Shown here: positions 25,201 to 36,184 of the stretch, piece by piece
How the letters are laid out: each line of letters starts with the position of its first letter
How positions within the stretch are numbered: the stretch's first letter is position 1
Assembly: GCA_047495785.1 (NCBI GenBank)
Contig: JBLDXI010000001.1
Coordinates: 3,782,001 to 3,846,000 of the forward strand
From: Lepidodermella squamata
Taxonomy: Eukaryota > Animalia > Gastrotricha
Direction: 5' to 3'
Length of the DNA stretch: 64,000 bases
Translations under genes and position numbers: made by a program
The notes under the pieces: model-generated
What the model was told of the DNA's origin: nothing
The model's database searches: none
Seen by the model: only the letters and a program-made list of their open reading frames with translations

Positions 25201-28170
25201 AGGCGATGCAGCTAGCCATCGAGAATATCGTTCAGAGGCAAACTCAAACGTTGACGTTGCTGCATGATTTAGAGGTGCGGTTTAATACGGCGAATATGGT
25301 GAATATAAGCCTTCCGTCGCCTATGCGGCCTGTTATGGGCCACGCCGCCCTTCATCCGATGATGTCGATGAACGCGAATATGCAGCGGTTGATCGCTCAG
25401 GATGAGATTGAAGCTGGGCCGAGCAGCCAGTCGTTGTCGTTGCGCAATCGCCATTTGGCGAATGTTTTAGAGGCGAGTTCGCCGCGGCCTGGTTCGGCTG
25501 CGTATCAAGACTCGCCGGTTGACTATCTGCACAGCCGGCGGGATTCGATGGAGGAAACGTCGATTGCGCCGAATTTGATCAATGAAACAACAACGCCAGG
25601 TTGGATTTTATTTCATCTTATTCGATCCTCTAAATTTCTTTTGAATGAAAATTTTAAACACCAATATAACATAGAACCAAGCTAAACTTTCATCTATTGA
25701 AAATTGCTCAAAAAATACAGCCGAAATGTATTTCTAGTCAAAACTTCCTTATATTGAGTGGATCATGAATTTCCAGCTGCGCAAGGATGGGGGATGATTT
25801 TTTGTTTGAAGATAAAGCGTTTTGTTGTTGATTTTGCTTCTGGTCAAGAAAAAATGGTACTCGTAAATTATTTGGAACTTGGATTCTTTGCCTTAGCCCT
25901 ACAGTGTCGTGTGAGAAAAATTGCTCCTATCAAAGAATTTACCGTTTGGGGTCTAACAGTGTCCCATGAGTTGCGCTGCCTTTTTTGAATTCGCAATATT
26001 TTGCGGTTGTTTGGAACAAAATGTGACTTGCAATGAGCATTTCCTATTTACGAGTCTACCGAAGAAATTTGAAGTTCAGTGGACAAAGCCCGGAAAACCC
26101 CGAAACCCGGAAAGGCTTTGGACCGAATCTCTGTTTTCCTTTTCAAAACATCAATTTCATATTCAATTACTGTGCTCATCCCATTTTCTCCTATTTTCGA
26201 ACTCGCAGGTTATAAACAATAGTTTCGAATTCTCGGATATTTTTTCCAGAAACAAATATTTTATAGTTTTGAATAAATTAAAGATTTATATTTAATTTAA
26301 ACAATTATTTCCTTGAATTAACGCCGCTGAAGATAGCCATTTAGCTATTGAACACCCAAATTGATGAATATAAAATTAAATTCTTAATTTTCCATCTTGT
26401 AATTTTGCTTTAAAGAAAACGTTTTCTTCTCGGATGACTACTATGTGGAAGGTAATTTCTCCCTTAGGGTGTCTTTTCCTGTCTATTTGGGAGCATTGTT
26501 TAGAAAACTCACTTTCGTCTGTCATTCATGCTTTCGCACTCTTTAAAAAGCTTTCCATTTTGCAAATCTTCTTCTTTCGATTTATATTCACAGAATGAAA
26601 GTGAACCAGGTCATCGAATTTTAAACTTGTACACCCATAAAGTAACTATTTTAGAGCTATAGTTTCGTAATATGTCGTAATACGTAATAATTGGCGTTAC
26701 TTGTAAATTCGGATAATGTCTTCATTGTTGAGAGAGCCAAAGGTTGCACAATGCAAATTCAGCTATAAAGTATACCCATCCCGTTTGACGAAGCAGATTT
26801 TCCACAACCGAAATCGCAATGCAGCGTAGTTTCGTACTTATTTTCTTATTTCTCGCGTTTTGCGAGGCAAAAGACCGGCTATATCAGCCGATGAAATCCG
26901 GCATCGATTTCAGCGGCGAAGATTTACACTATTTCGTGGGCCCGTGGTGGCGGTGCCCGTCTCAGTGCGATTCAACGCCCGGCTGCGTTGGCTACATCCA
27001 AGATCTGGACCGCGGCGAGAATTGTTGGCTGAAGCGTGGTTTAAAAAACCGTCGTTCTCAAGGCAATCGTCGCACCGTAGTCGCCCACGACGTTTCGCCA
27101 TTCACGCTGCGAGACGGGCCTAATGTCGACTATCCGGGCAATGACCTGTTGCATTTGCCGAAGTTGCTTTGGAAAGATTGCCCGAAAGAGTGTTTGAAAC
27201 GCCAGGCTTGTGTTGCATTCGTGCTAGATACCGGCAGTGAAACTGGCCAGGGATGTTGGTTGAAGAAGAGTTTAGGCGCTGGTAACGCGAATCTGCATCG
27301 CTCGACTTGGATCCATCAGGACAGACTGTTTAGATCGCGATTTTGATTCATCCAAAATTTGTTTGCTCATTTCTCTCTCGATTATGATTTTAAAGGCAAA
27401 TAAACTCGAATTTCATATGTCGACGTTTTGCAGTCGTTTATAGAGCATATTTTTAGTTTCGTAATACCCCTCCATGAAACGACCCCACAATTGGGTCATT
27501 CTTGCGAAAAACTAAAAATCGACCGATAAATCGAAATTTGTGATCCTCTGAATTTTAAGGGAATCTTCAGCATTCTCGAAAGCTTAGGAATTCAACAATT
27601 TGAGAGCTTGGAGACCTTGTTTAGCGATAGTCTAGATGCTCAAACATCTCGCCCAATTAAATTTGAATTTTAGCACCTTTTCGTTTCTGGAAATCAAATT
27701 CCTAATATTTATCTCTTGATTGAATTTCTCCTAATTTTGCTTTTTTTTCCACAGCCGTTGCACCCACGACTCCAGCTGTGAAAGAGCGGACTGCGTCGAC
27801 AACCGCTACCCCAGCCACGCCCATTTCCGCACGGCAATTGCGGCGAACGAGCTCGTCCGAGGTCGAACCAGTTGTGGCTGAGGAGTCAAAAAACCGTGCC
27901 ATCGCGCCTGATGTCTACAAACGACTACGGCAATTGTCGACCAGCGGCGAAGATAGCGATTACTGCCGAACGGCGCGGAATTTGATCGCGCAGCAAGAAA
28001 CGGCCGGCATTGGCGCGAGTGGGTCGGAACTGGAGGAGGAAGGCGAAGAGTCGGCCTTGTTAGCCGAACGACCGCCGAGTTCGACGGCTTCGACGAGTAA
28101 GCAGACCGAAGAGCAGTGGTCGGAAGCGCCGGAAGAGCCGCAACTCACGCCTTTGCCGAAGAAAAAATGA
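19284..28170 (+). CDS. TRPM cation channel (TRPM1/3/6/7-like, no C-terminal kinase or NUDT9H seen); start codon uncertain
   Basis: MHR motifs [39 protein letters not shown] and LALAWNRVD; pore YFNLYGEVY; S6 [13 protein letters not shown]; TRP box KFQRY. Exons 19284-19366, 19421-20576, 20638-20766, 21122-21277, (21338-21355), (21756-21779), 22068-22547, 22912-23478, 24165-25599, 27755-28170 are phase-compatible. Confidence 0.93.
26764..26769 (+). promoter_or_regulatory. TATA box of the nested PAN-domain gene
   Basis: CTATAAAG 55 bp upstream of the ATG at 26819. Confidence 0.5.
26819..27346 (+). CDS. Secreted tandem PAN/Apple (PAN_4-type) domain protein nested in the last TRPM intron
   Basis: Signal peptide [17 protein letters not shown] and two D(F/Y)xGxDL...C..C....C(V/A).....CWLK repeats. 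Intronless, with TATAAA at 26764 and AATAAA at 27399. Confidence 0.85.
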   Translation: MQRSFVLIFLFLAFCEAKDRLYQPMKSGIDFSGEDLHYFVGPWWRCPSQCDSTPGCVGYIQDLDRGENCWLKRGLKNRRSQGNRRTVVAHDVSPFTLRDGPNVDYPGNDLLHLPKLLWKDCPKECLKRQACVAFVLDTGSETGQGCWLKKSLGAGNANLHRSTWIHQDRLFRSRF

Positions 28171-29373
28171 AAAAAATATTAGAAAAAATAGTGAATAAAT
28201 TCAAATTCATGTTATTTTGCAAAAAAAAACGGAATCCAAAAATATAACGAAATTATGACTAAATATAAATGAAAATAATTTGGGATTTTTTTAGAAAATC
28301 ATAATAATTTGAAATTGACAAGGTCAAAATAAAATGTTTTGCCACTCATTTGTTGGAGATTTTTTTGCAAAATAACAAACTTCTATGCGTATTAGCTTCC
28401 AATCACTCGGGAAATTAGAGTGCCTTGTTGGTGTTGAAGGGCCAAACTTTCAAACGACATGTACGTACATTTAGCCTCTTCGTATCCGTAAAAGATAGTG
28501 ATGATATTTTTTAAACTGTAACGACAATCCTAATGTTTATCGAGTCACTGATGCACCTACAATATCGATCAAGTCACTTTTTATTTTTGCTTCTCTTGCC
28601 TGATTCTCGCAGCTTTTTCGCGCTTGGTTCAGGTCTTTCGCTTCTATGACATAGGTGTGTATATATATAATTGAAAATATTAGCCTTGTTGTTCGCAATA
28701 AATGTAATTATATTGATCACCGCCAATACAAAAAAATGATGTGCTATATTCATGAAACATATTACTCACCTTACTTTCAACGATCCGTGATAGTGCCATT
28801 TTTCGCGAATTTTTAAAGTGATTATTTTCGCTTTTATTCGCTCTCTTATTTTTCCATGGCGAAACTCGGAAAATTGCCTTGGTTGGGTCTTCTTCTTGTC
28901 ATTATAATCCCAATATATCTCATTCGCCTATTTTCCGTACTCGGAAGAAATCACGGCGGCTAACTGTGTTGATCACAATCGTTAAAGTTGTGTCATAGTA
29001 ATTTCCTAATTAATCAACTTTTATATAACCGAATATTCGTTGGCAGAGCAATCATTTCTGTTTTTCTCTGACTGGAAAAATGTGGAAATATGATGCGAAA
29101 ATAAAAATTGTTGCAGTTTTACGGAGCGTTTTTCGTGTTTTGTTTACCCCATTTCCATACATGATAGCAGGCAGTGATGGTAATTCATTATCATCCAACT
29201 CGAGAGTGGGCGTTTGTTGTTGTTGTTGTTCCGGTATACAATATCGCTGCTCATCTTCAATCAATCCGTCAATCCATCCACGCTCATGAAAATGGAATTG
29301 CGCCTACTTGAGATAAGGATAGGTAACCACATACAGTATCAGTTCCACTCAAACCCGAATATTATAGACGATC

Positions 29374-29996
29374 ATGTCAGCTCAAAGTTCATCACAAGAA
29401 AAGGAATTCGAAATTCCTCAAAAGCGCATCGACGGTAAGGCTTGAAAAATCTCCCAATTTTCAGCAAAATTCGAAACATTTCAGAGGCGAAATCGGCATT
29501 CATTGAGCTGCAGAAAAAAGAGGGCCTCGTCTCACTGAAAAATTTCGGCGATTTTTTCAAAGCTCTAGGTCTGCCTTTACGAGAGGACCAGTTGAAAGCA
29601 TGGAGCCTTGAAATCGACAACGGGACGGGATTTTTCACGTTCCAGAGCGTCGAGCCGATTTTGAAGCGGAAGCTGCAACACGATTTGGCGGTCACGAAAA
29701 AAGTCATGGATGTGATTCGAATCGGAGAAAATGATATGGTATGTATATTTCAGGGTTTATTCCAGCAGAGGAAATCACTTTCCTTAGGGCGCTATTGGTG
29801 TTAACGACCTGCGATGGATACTTCGAAATCTTGGCGACGATTTAACGGAGCAAGACATCGAAAGCATGATTGCACTTTACGACGAAAATCGATCTGGTAC
29901 GCTTTCTTCAACTTGAAAATAGCAAGAAATTATTATATTTTGTATTATATAGGAATGATCCGCTTCGATAAAATTTATTCGCTCATTATGGATTGA
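29374..29996 (+). CDS. Troponin C-like paralog 1 (divergent)
   Basis: Exons 29374-29434, 29485-29738, 29788-29896 and 29953-29996. Clear similarity to the copy at 32497 (IPQKR.DEAKS, LKNFGDFFKALGLPL, DLRWILR.LGDDLT). Confidence 0.85.
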
Positions 29997-30471
29997 AACC
30001 TTCGTCCAATTTACTGTCATAAAAGAGGCAATAAAATCAAATACTGAATCATTATTGAATGCATTAATTGACTTCACCTGACCTAATTATTTCCCAAGTG
30101 GGACATGAATTAATTAATTACTTGATTATTGATATTGCAATAAAACATCCGTATGAACGAGTTGATTTATTTAATCGAGAATTAATTGGGGATTTTCTCA
30201 TCGGGAAATGATTTCCTCGAATATAACAAGAATTTGCGCGCTAATACACGGGTAATGTTATTGCGCAATCGCTCCGCCTAGATGCGCGCCGATGATTCAC
30301 CCTGTTGCGGGTTTAAACATATCCGATATACCAATTCCTATATAGACCACGGTGCGCACATAAATCCGGGGCGGAGTGTTTACGCGCAGTTCGTTCGCAA
30401 TATTTCTTATACATTTTTACCTTCATCTTCCTCAATTTGTACCTGGTACTAGCTGATTCGAAATATAAAAA

Positions 30472-31092
30472 ATGTTCCCGTCTGCCCTCGATGGATTTCT
30501 GTTCCGAAAAATTCAGCCGCAAATTCCGCAAGAGTGCATTAAAAGTAAGTTACGAAGTCTCTTAATTCAAGTTGAAATAATCGAATTTTCTCTTCGCCCA
30601 GAATTAGAGGTGAAATTCGGCTGGTTTCAAGAAAACGGAGTCATTCAAGCAAAACGAGTCGACGAATTTTTCTGCTCGATAAGGCTGCCCCTGCAACCGG
30701 GGGAAATATCGAAAATAACAACACTGAAATCCGCTTTTTCAATCGACGAAATTCTGCCCTTCGTCGAGCAACGGATTGCTCAAAGTGACAACCGATTACG
30801 TGAAGCGTATCGGGACATGTTTTGGGACAATGAGGTTAGTGAGAAAATATGAAACTTCGTCGCGATATTTATTATTATTTTATAGGTCATCGAAATCACT
30901 GACCTTCGATGGATTTTACGGCTCATCAGTGGCGAAATAATTCCGAACAAGGAAATCGATAAAATGGTTCAAAATTGCGTTCGGATCAGCTCAAGTGAGA
31001 TTTTCACGCATGTTTAGCTATTTTTCATTTTTTTTTGTTTTCCAGATGGAACGATTTCGCGAAATCAGCTTTACTTGGTTCTGATGAGCTGA
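30472..31092 (+). CDS. Troponin C-like paralog 2 (highly divergent)
   Basis: Exons 30472-30544, 30602-30834, 30886-30994 and 31046-31092, with the same intron positions and phases as paralog 1. Retains IPQ, LPLQ, LREAYR, DLRWILR, EIDKM and GTIS..LYLVLM. Confidence 0.72.
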
Positions 31093-32496
31093 ACTTTTTT
31101 AAATCAGAAATTTTGAAATAAACTATTTTTTTTATGTTAAGTGGTTTTTTTCGAGGCGGTGTGAGATCAAAAAGACCAGCTATCACATAGCGGTGAATCA
31201 ATTTAGGAGGGTCGATTTATAACCATGCAACAGGCGTGGCCTTTTCTCATTTCGTATCTACTGGCTTCAATAATAATAATAATACTAAGATAATGGGCCG
31301 CTTGAGAACACCGTGTTTACGATTTCGCAAGCCCGAACTGCAGCTGCTGATGGTCTTCAAACCACGGTTGGTTATCGCCGATTCAGCATCCTCGCATCAC
31401 AGCTGCTGTTACTGCCAAAATCGCACACGGGACGGACTAATAATAATAATAAGAATTGAGCAGGAAAAAGATCATTTCGGACGTGCGCGCTGCTCACGGC
31501 TATATAAATCGGTTATATCATTATATAATAGCTTAAATGGGTGTGTTCTACTAACGCTAAGATGCGCCGCCACGTACACAACATGCGCACGCGCATCGCC
31601 GAGATACGCGCGCATCAACGCACACCCAAACAGGTCTAATACTATAAAATACACGATTCAGTAGCCATCAAGTGATACCTACCCTGTAATTCTTGCTACC
31701 AGATAAAATTGCCAGCATATTTCGCGAAATTCCTCGATATCTCCAAGTCTATAGTTAAAAAGGATCATTTGGAAATTGAGGTCATGTCACGCTTGACTGC
31801 TTCCGATGCTCTTAAACGATTCAAGGTGGAATTTCATAAAATTTCGCCATAAAATGGTCTTCTTTCATTTGATGCCCCTTTTCAGATGTACTCTTCGATT
31901 TTGGCCCGGAAGCATTAAGATGTGTTGTGCATGTAACTAACTGTTTCCTTGCTTCGGAATATATAGGAATAATACTATTAGTTATTATTATAAAAAGCAA
32001 CCGCAACGCCTAGGCTGAAATTATACTCGGACTCTTATTGTAGATAGGTACCTAGGTATAATACAACCGCCGAAAGAGATGGTTGGTATGCGATTGAAAC
32101 TAAAAAGCCGCCGACCAGGTATACATACTCAGGCCCGGGTCAACAAAGTACTCTTCATTTTTAACATAGCGATAGGAAATTTCTCGAAACTTGTCTCGTA
32201 TTTCTACAACAATATGAAGCCCTAAAAATACCTTTTTCAAGATAATTTAGAGTCGCGACTCAATCGCCAGTGGAATGTCTCGATCTTGTTTATTTCGGTA
32301 GAATATTTGGTGGGTTTTGGTATTTCAGTATTTTCCAATAATTTTACTCATAAATTCATAATAGCTTCATAGTGTTCCAATAGCAATTGTCACGCTCGAG
32401 AAATTTTATTACCGGCATCCGGCACTTTTTCCTCCGGAAATAAGCGATTTTATTCCGTTCGGGATTTTTTTCCTAGACGATTTTTAATTAATCGAA

Positions 32497-33058
32497 ATGT
32501 CCTCTGATAAAGAATTTGTTATCCCTCAAAAGCGTTATGACGGTAAGTGCATCGCGGAATTATTTCGGTTTTTTCGGAATTTTCGGTATTTTTAGAGGCC
32601 AAGTCGACCTTCCATTTGTTCCAGAAGGATGAAGGCCTCGTCCCGCTGAAGAATTTCGGCGACTTCTTCAAGGCCCTCGGCCTGCCCCTTCAGCACGACC
32701 AGCTCGAGGAGTGGCGCGATGAAGTCGACAACGGCAACGGGTTTTTCACTTTCGACGACGTCGTTCCGATTTTCAAGCGCAAGCTCATGCTTGACATCGA
32801 GGAGAAGGAACTGAAGGAGGCGTTCCGCGTCCTCGACAAGGAAAAGCAGGGCGTTATCGACGTCGACGACCTGCGATGGATCCTGCGCAGTCTCGGCGAC
32901 GATTTAACCGACGAGGAAATCGAAGATATGATCAACGAAACCGACAAGGACGGCTCTGGTAATTTTTCCGGTTTTTTCCCGATTTTTCGGTAATATTTTT
33001 CTTACTACCCACAGGAACTGTCGACTACGACGAATTCTACTCGCTTATGATGGGTTAA
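32497..33058 (+). CDS. Troponin C, lophotrochozoan type (EF-hand IV intact)
   Basis: ELKEAFRVLDKEKQGVIDVDDLRWILRSLGDDLTDEEIEDMINETDKDGSGTVDYDEF closely matches molluscan troponin C. Exons 32497-32542, 32596-32958, 33015-33058. Confidence 0.9.
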
Positions 33059-33131
33059 AAATGATTCATCGCAAAAATATTCCTCGCTACATTTTCGGCC
33101 CTAAAATAACTGTCTCGAGGAAAAAATTTAG

Positions 33132-33298
33132 GAAAAATACAGTTTTAAGGAGGTCCAATTAAAAGATCAAGCTCTGTTTATTAATTGTTACTATAACCCG
33201 TATGTATAATTGTTGAATAAAAAACGCAAGTCTTTGGTAAATAATTATTCGATTTTTATTCGATTTCTTTGAAAGAAATTCTCATCATTTACTCAACT
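33132..33298 (+). repeat. Direct repeat copy 1 (troponin C 3'UTR and poly(A) region)
   Basis: Near-identical to 35603-35771, including GAATAAAAAACGCAAGTC and an identical 3' part ending CATTTACTCAACT. Confidence 0.9.
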
Positions 33299-34123
33299 GC
33301 AGTGAGTCCAAAATGTTTGCAATATTATAAATTGCTGCCATATTCGCTTATTTTGGCGAATTTTTCCATGGTTGAACATGATTTTAAGAGTTCTAATCGC
33401 TAAGTTTATGTGGTTAAAAGAGTTTGACGTAGCATTCAAAATGACCACCGTATTTGTTCATATAGCATCCCGGGCTACTAAAATTTCAACCTCAACATTT
33501 CGAAAATTTCAAAAAATAATTTTCGCCGAATCGTTCATTTATGATGTTTTCGAACCGACTTGATTTCTGGCCAAAATGTTCCCCATAAAAACCAACGATT
33601 TAATCATCCCGAAAGCGTAAATAGCGCAAGAATTGCTGCCTTCCCTCAATTTTGATGGAAATTCCGTGAATTTCACGTAGAGAGTTTCTGGCATTTTCGA
33701 ACATATCCGAGCGGCAAAAATGATGTTTCTAAGCTTATTCGCCAATTTTCCAATGCTAAATCTCATATTTTCCGTAATTGCGACTTAGGAAGAAGGGAAA
33801 CGATATCATTGCGATATAAAAACACCGAGAGGTTGTTTTTTGAAACATCAATTTCTTCTAAAATTGGGAAAAAAACAGTTAAATTTAAACTAATACAACT
33901 TACACACTACATTTTCAGAATCATTGATGAACACAAAAACATGGACTGCGATTTCATTTTATTTGGATTCAAAAATCCAAAACAGTGATATCCAAGTTTC
34001 GACTAATGTTGTTCTTGGACAAAAGAATAAATGTCATGGCGACTAGTTTTCATACGTCACAATAAAGACAATTGAAAATAGGAGTATGGTTATAATAATA
34101 CAAATGATCCAGGTACTGAATTA

Positions 34124-34410
34124 GGCATTTGCTGTTATGGCGGTTTGGTAAGGCGACAAAACAGCGAATGCGACAAAACAGCAATTTCTTTATTTTGCGA
34201 CAAAACAGCGAAAACTTACTAATGTAAAAGATGCATTGTGTTTCCGCTGTTATGTCGCAAGTAGAAACATTTGCTGTTGTGTCGCGTTTGCTGTTGTGGG
34301 CATTTGCTGTTATGACGGTCTGGTACGACGACAATACAGCGACTATGCAAAAAGCGAATGCGACAAAACAGCAATTTTTTTATTTCGCGACAAAATTTGC
34401 AATATCTAAC
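34124..34410. repeat. Degenerate GCGACAAAACAGC direct and inverted repeat cluster (possible foldback remnant)
   Basis: Several GCGACAAAACAGC copies, reverse-complement-like TTTGCTGTTGTGTCGC copies and a ~165-bp imperfect direct repeat. Confidence 0.6.
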
Positions 34411-34425
34411 GAGAAACAGTGTATG

Positions 34426-35469
34426 TCAAGCAAGTTCTTGGAGTACTTGTAGAGTCTTCTTGATGCCTTCGACGTATTCTACCAAATCATCTTCGAATTT
34501 TACTCCACTAGCAGTAGCTATCGTCTTCAGGCGAAACGAATCAGCAGCAGCTTTGTCAATATTGAGCTCAAGATTCCAGTCAAGCATCGACTGTTTTACA
34601 ACATTCAGTTTGAAGGCGTTTGGTTCCAGAACTGCAGATCTCATCAGTCCAAGATAGTTGAATTCAGTGATGCCCTCGTAGAATTTCTCCAGAATATCCG
34701 GCTTCGAATAACATCCACCAGACTGCGTTTCGATGCGAAAATCAATTATCATCGGTTTGTCACCAACTTGACCACAATTGTAGGCATTTGTAGCACAATC
34801 TCGAAGACGCAAGATACGAGATATAAGGTCGATCTGAAGCAAAGCAGTATTGTTAGCAGTAGCTGGAGTCAATTCCGACAGCAACAGTAGCTTCACTTCT
34901 TTTGTCACTATGTACAACTCAGACTGTGAACCAAGATACGGGAAAACAATTTGAGCCTCTGGTCCAATACCAATGCAATGAAGAAGAAAATAGATGAAAA
35001 CTTCCTTGAGGTTTGGAGATCCGGTGCCTTTCTGGCAACCGGAAGCGGGGCCATACTGGTGCGTTTTCACAAAGTAGCGAGTCTCGCGATGGGTCTCAGG
35101 ATACACAACGCAAGAGAATCCGGTCTGGATTCCACTTCGCTTAGGATACCAAGCAATATCTTTCCATTCTTCATCAGGAAGTCCAGCTTTGATATGTAGA
35201 ATACGAAAGTGAGTTGCCACTGCAGCTTTCATGACGACGGGATCATCGTCAAGATAATCTGCAATCTTCGGCAAGAGTTGCATGTATTGAATTATACGAT
35301 CCGTGTTTTTGAGGTGAACTTTTGAATCGTGAAAGGTTCTTGCCAGGTCAAGTGCAGTGCGCGCCATCTCAGTGCGAAGAACACCACGCATGTTTTGGAT
35401 AGCATTTCCAATTTCAACAAACGCTTCCCATTGCCATTCCTCTTCGTTTCTTTGAGAGGTTGCTGACAT
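34426..35469 (-). CDS. Intronless atypical kinase, HipA/PI3K-PI4K-like fold
   Basis: Ordered kinase motifs: Gly loop SGIQTG, beta3 YFVK, alphaC KEVFIY..L..IGIGP, catalytic-loop-like LRDCATNAYNC and DFG-like IIDF. The start could be an upstream in-frame ATG. Confidence 0.6.
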   Translation of the reverse strand: MSATSQRNEEEWQWEAFVEIGNAIQNMRGVLRTEMARTALDLARTFHDSKVHLKNTDRIIQYMQLLPKIADYLDDDPVVMKAAVATHFRILHIKAGLPDEEWKDIAWYPKRSGIQTGFSCVVYPETHRETRYFVKTHQYGPASGCQKGTGSPNLKEVFIYFLLHCIGIGPEAQIVFPYLGSQSELYIVTKEVKLLLLSELTPATANNTALLQIDLISRILRLRDCATNAYNCGQVGDKPMIIDFRIETQSGGCYSKPDILEKFYEGITEFNYLGLMRSAVLEPNAFKLNVVKQSMLDWNLELNIDKAAADSFRLKTIATASGVKFEDDLVEYVEGIKKTLQVLQELA

Positions 35470-35602
35470 ATTTGAGCAACTTTGCTTTCGCAATTGAAAA
35501 ACTAAACCAAAAACTAAAACTAACAAGTACATAAATAAAGGATGCATTGCGCCGAGAGAAGTATTTTCCACTGTGAAGTTATTAGAAAGCAAATGTGAAA
35601 GA

Positions 35603-35771
35603 GAAAAAATACAGTTTTAAGGCGGTCCAATGAAAAAATCAAGCTCTGTTAATATTAATTGTTAAATAACCCATATGTATAACTGTTGAATAAAAAACGC
35701 AAGTCTTTGTTAAATAATTATTCGATTTTTATTCGATTTCTTTGAAAGAAATTCTCATCATTTACTCAACT
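35603..35771 (+). repeat. Direct repeat copy 2
   Basis: Second copy of 33132-33298, with roughly a dozen differences, mostly in the 5' half. Confidence 0.9.
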
Positions 35772-36184
35772 AATTTTTGTATCGGTATAAATTAAAGAGT
35801 CGATATGCGGAGAAAAAAATGAGAATGCGCAACTTTTTCACAACAACGTGTCATCAAATTATTGTCTCGCCCTGCTAACAAGTAAGGACTTTTTTCCGAA
35901 GTTTCTGTTCAATGCATAGATGATCTCAAATAATTAAGGCGGCGATTGAAAGTTTCAGCTTTCACTTCGAAATCAGGCAAGTTACATCACAAATTCGGAA
36001 AAAACTGACGTAAAACACACTTTTTTATCGCAAGACAGAGTGTATCAAAAACTCTCTTTTTTGGTAATGACTTTAAAATCTGTTCATGTACACGGCGATT
36101 TTTCTCACTTCGAACAAGAATATATAGGTATATATTATATATAATGTTAATAATTCGGAGCAAATAAAAGAAGCGATTGGGTTT

